A stretch of DNA of 64,000 nucleotides from Polyangiales bacterium (GTDB taxonomy: Bacteria; Myxococcota_A; Polyangia; Polyangiales; Ga0077539): positions 768,001-832,000 of the forward strand of contig JBGARZ010000002.1 of NCBI GenBank assembly GCA_044229975.1, given 5' to 3'. Position 1 is the stretch's first letter, and each line of letters starts with the position of its first letter. Under the pieces are notes generated by a model. It was not told the DNA's origin and did no database searches. It saw only the letters and a list, made by a program, of their open reading frames with translations. The position numbers and the translations under genes are program-made. Positions 61,306 through 64,000 of this stretch are shown one piece after another.

Positions 61306-63999
61306 TCAGACCGAGTCGCGACGGCGCAGCATCACGCCCATCCCGATCAGGAACACCAGCATCATCACGAAGAGCACCCCGTTGTGAAACGCGGGCTGGT
61401 CCCACGTGGAGAAGCCCCACGCGCCCGAGCGCTCGGCGGTGCGGGAGATCTCCTCGACGGCGCAGTCGAAGTAGTTCAGGCCTCCGCGGACGTTGACCCC
61501 GTTGGATCCGGCCGGGGCGCAGGTCTGGATGCGCCAGCTCGGCACGAGCGTGTCGCGCTCGGCGGACATCACGCCCTCGAACGACCAGCGCGACGGCATG
61601 ATGGCCATGAGGGCCTTGAGCCAGCTCTTGTTGGTCATCGGAACGAGCAGACCACCGAGCACCACCTGCGGGATGAGCGCGATGGGGGTGAGCGCCATCG
61701 CGGCCTCGGATGAGGTGACCGCCGTCGAGATGACGAGCCCGAGCGCGACGCCGCTCATGGAGGTGAGAACCATGCTCCCGAGCATCGGGAGGAACGCGTC
61801 GGCCGTGCCGTGCCCGAGCTTCAGCGAGAAGTACACGATGGTCAGCAGCACCGTGCACTGGAGCACGCAGAGCAGCGCCAGCAGCACGAACTTCGACATC
61901 ATGTAGTTGAAGATGGAGAGGTTCACCATGCGCTCGCGGCGGTAGATGGCGATCTCCGAGACGACCTCGCGCGCGGCGTTGCTCACGCCGAACCAGAGCG
62001 AGCCGACGGTGAGGAAGAAGATGGCGCCCTTGAAGTCGTCGACCTCGACGAAGCGCGTCTGCGGGAGCGCGCACATCTGCTGGGTCGTGCGCGCGACGAC
62101 GGCCTCCATCGCGAGCACCTGGTTCTGGCACCAGAGGTTGGGGAGCTTCGGCGAGTCGAAGAACACCGCCGCCAGCAGGCCGCCGATGATGGGCGCCTGG
62201 AGCAGCATGATCATGAGCCCGGAGACGTCGCGGGATTTGATCTTGGCGTAGCGCGAGAGCAGCAGCCCGAACTGCCGGATGAGCGGCACCGCCGAGCGCG
62301 TGGGTGGTCGCGACTGGCCGGGTTTACCGGGCTCGCGTTTACCCGAGTACATACTCCGGAAGACGCTGTTGTCGGGGCGATAGAACTCCGCGCGCCACTC
62401 CCGCGCCGCGCCCAGTCGCGCCTCGGACTTGTTGGCGAACTGCCCTCGCGCGACCACCGCCTCCTCGCGGATCTTGAGCTGGTCGAACATGTCGCGGGGG
62501 TTGTCGATGGGCTGCCCCCGGTAGCGCGCGAAGAACTCGTAGGAGTCCTTGCCGGACGGGCCGAAGTACACGGGCTCGCCGCCGAAGCCCATGATGAAGG
62601 CGAGGTTGAACTTCTCGAACTCCTCCTTCGCGGGCTGGTGGATCGTGACGATGATCGTCTTGCCGTAGCGCTTGGCGAGGTTGGACAGCAGGTCGATCAG
62701 CGCCACCGTGTCGTCGGCCGCGAGGCCCGAGGTGGGCTCGTCGAGGAACATCAGCGCGGGGTCGGTGACCAGCTCCAGCGCGATGTTGACGCGCTTGCGC
62801 TGACCGCCCGAGAGCACCTTCTTGATGGGCGACCCGATGATGGTGTTGGCGAGGTGGTCGAGGCCGAGGTCCTTCATCGTCTGCTGGACGCGGCGCTCGA
62901 TCTCCTCGTCGGAGTAGTCGCTCGGCAGGCGGAACTTCGCGCTGTACCCGATGGCCTCCTTCACCGTGAGCTCGGGGTGCAGCAGGTCGTCCTGCGGCAC
63001 GTACCCGATGCTCCCGCGGAGCGCGTCGTAGATGGCGTAGAGGCTCTCGCCGTTGACCCTGACCTCGCCCGACGTCGGGCGGAGGTAGCCGTTGAGCACC
63101 GTGAGCAGCGTGGTCTTGCCGGCGCCCGACGGGCCCATGAGCGCGATGAGGTCGCCCGGCAGCGCCTTGAAGGTGACCTTGTTGAGGAGAATCTTGTCGG
63201 TGCCCGGCTTGTCGCGGTCGGGCACCTGGAGGAAGAGGTCGAGCGCCTCGATCTCGACGAGGTTGGCGCTCTCGAACTGGTTCTCCTGCTCGATGTACGC
63301 GGTGATGGCGTTGTTCTGGATGTCGACGACGACGGCGTAGGGGCCGATGAAGACCTTCGTCTTCGGGGGCACCGCGACGGTCTGCCCCGGCACGAGCCGC
63401 TGACCGTTGACGTAGGTGCCGTTGGTGCTGCCGAGATCGCTGACGACGATGGAGCCGTCGGGCGCGCGCATCACCGACGTGTGACGGCTCGACACCTGCG
63501 GGTACGGCAGGACGATGTCGCAGCTCGGGAGGCGGCCGATGATCGCGAGCGCCTTGCCACCACCGCTCAGATCGAAGGACCCGAACATGGTCTTGTGTGC
63601 GCCGCCCTGGGGTTGCGCCTGCTGCGGCGGAGGCGTGGGCATCGACATGGGCCCGCCCTGCACCGACTGCATCGGGTTGTGCCCCTGCGCCGACTGCATC
63701 GGGTTGTGGCCCTGCGACGCGGGGGCGCCCTGCATCGATTGCATGGGGCTGTAACCGCCGCTCATCCCGGCGTTGGGCTGACCGCCCATCGGCCCTTGCG
63801 AGGTCATCGGGACGGGGCCCGCGCCCACGGCCTGACCCGACGGCGCACCGGCGAGCTCCATCAGCACGGCGCTGGGGATCCACACGGCGCCGAGCGAGTA
63901 GCCACCCGCGACGTCGATGGGCACGGGCTGGTTGGCCGGGAGGCGCTGCGAGTTGCGATCGAAGGTGCCGGAGCGGCTGCCGAGGTCGGTGACCGTGCG
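61306..63999 (-). CDS. FHA-domain ABC transporter, ATPase/permease fusion (Rv1747-like), 5'-truncated
   Basis: Partial FHA (DLGSRSGT) at the window edge, FHA IGR…VSSRH…DLGSTNGTYVNG, GPSGAGKT, LSGGQRKR, FLDEPTSG, ABC-2 type TMs. Confidence 0.93.
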   Translation of the reverse strand, partial: RTVTDLGSRSGTFDRNSQRLPANQPVPIDVAGGYSLGAVWIPSAVLMELAGAPSGQAVGAGPVPMTSQGPMGGQPNAGMSGGYSPMQSMQGAPASQGHNPMQSAQGHNPMQSVQGGPMSMPTPPPQQAQPQGGAHKTMFGSFDLSGGGKALAIIGRLPSCDIVLPYPQVSSRHTSVMRAPDGSIVVSDLGSTNGTYVNGQRLVPGQTVAVPPKTKVFIGPYAVVVDIQNNAITAYIEQENQFESANLVEIEALDLFLQVPDRDKPGTDKILLNKVTFKALPGDLIALMGPSGAGKTTLLTVLNGYLRPTSGEVRVNGESLYAIYDALRGSIGYVPQDDLLHPELTVKEAIGYSAKFRLPSDYSDEEIERRVQQTMKDLGLDHLANTIIGSPIKKVLSGGQRKRVNIALELVTDPALMFLDEPTSGLAADDTVALIDLLSNLAKRYGKTIIVTIHQPAKEEFEKFNLAFIMGFGGEPVYFGPSGKDSYEFFARYRGQPIDNPRDMFDQLKIREEAVVARGQFANKSEARLGAAREWRAEFYRPDNSVFRSMYSGKREPGKPGQSRPPTRSAVPLIRQFGLLLSRYAKIKSRDVSGLMIMLLQAPIIGGLLAAVFFDSPKLPNLWCQNQVLAMEAVVARTTQQMCALPQTRFVEVDDFKGAIFFLTVGSLWFGVSNAAREVVSEIAIYRRERMVNLSIFNYMMSKFVLLALLCVLQCTVLLTIVYFSLKLGHGTADAFLPMLGSMVLTSMSGVALGLVISTAVTSSEAAMALTPIALIPQVVLGGLLVPMTNKSWLKALMAIMPSRWSFEGVMSAERDTLVPSWRIQTCAPAGSNGVNVRGGLNYFDCAVEEISRTAERSGAWGFSTWDQPAFHNGVLFVMMLVFLIGMGVMLRRRDSV
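63663..63716. repeat. 27-nt tandem duplication encoding QGHNPMQS twice
   Basis: ccgactgcatcgggttgtgcccctgcg and ccgactgcatcgggttgtggccctgcg, 26/27 identical. Confidence 0.9.
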
Positions 64000-64000
64000 G

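Overview
Very GC-rich (roughly 70% by eye), gene-dense chromosomal segment. Gene content (tsaP-like LysM gene with cpoB beside dprA-topA-trmFO, many Cys/Pro-rich lipoproteins, an FHA-ABC transporter, an atypical HU) suggests a myxobacterium or relative, which is an inference. Housekeeping genes: dprA, topA, trmFO, dnaE, a tandem-domain thyX, map, purQ, purL and HU. dnaE carries a 445-aa LAGLIDADG intein, and the codons just after it are anomalously AT-rich. Accessory blocks: (i) a largely translationally coupled DUF58-transglutaminase-MoxR operon extended by a secreted TPR-like protein and two tandem paralogous 5-Cys secreted proteins; (ii) an ECF sigma / zinc-FecR anti-sigma pair, preceded by a candidate 26-aa peptide and convergent on a TonB-dependent receptor; (iii) a GT2-asnB envelope operon; (iv) a candidate lipid/glycolipid tailoring and export locus at 47.3-60.0 kb (DegT-type aminotransferase, AUR1/IPC-synthase-like PAP2, acyltransferase with HX4D changed to SX4D, two methyltransferases, MMPL transporter, three GT4s, two deacetylases). 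Two strongly structured non-coding elements were found by eye: a 175-nt rod between a GT4 gene and purQ, and a 70-nt hairpin burying the ribosome-binding site of a LEA_2 gene. No rRNA, tRNA, CRISPR array or transposase was seen. All calls come from motif recognition only; no searches were run, and many start codons were trimmed from the ORF track by judgement.
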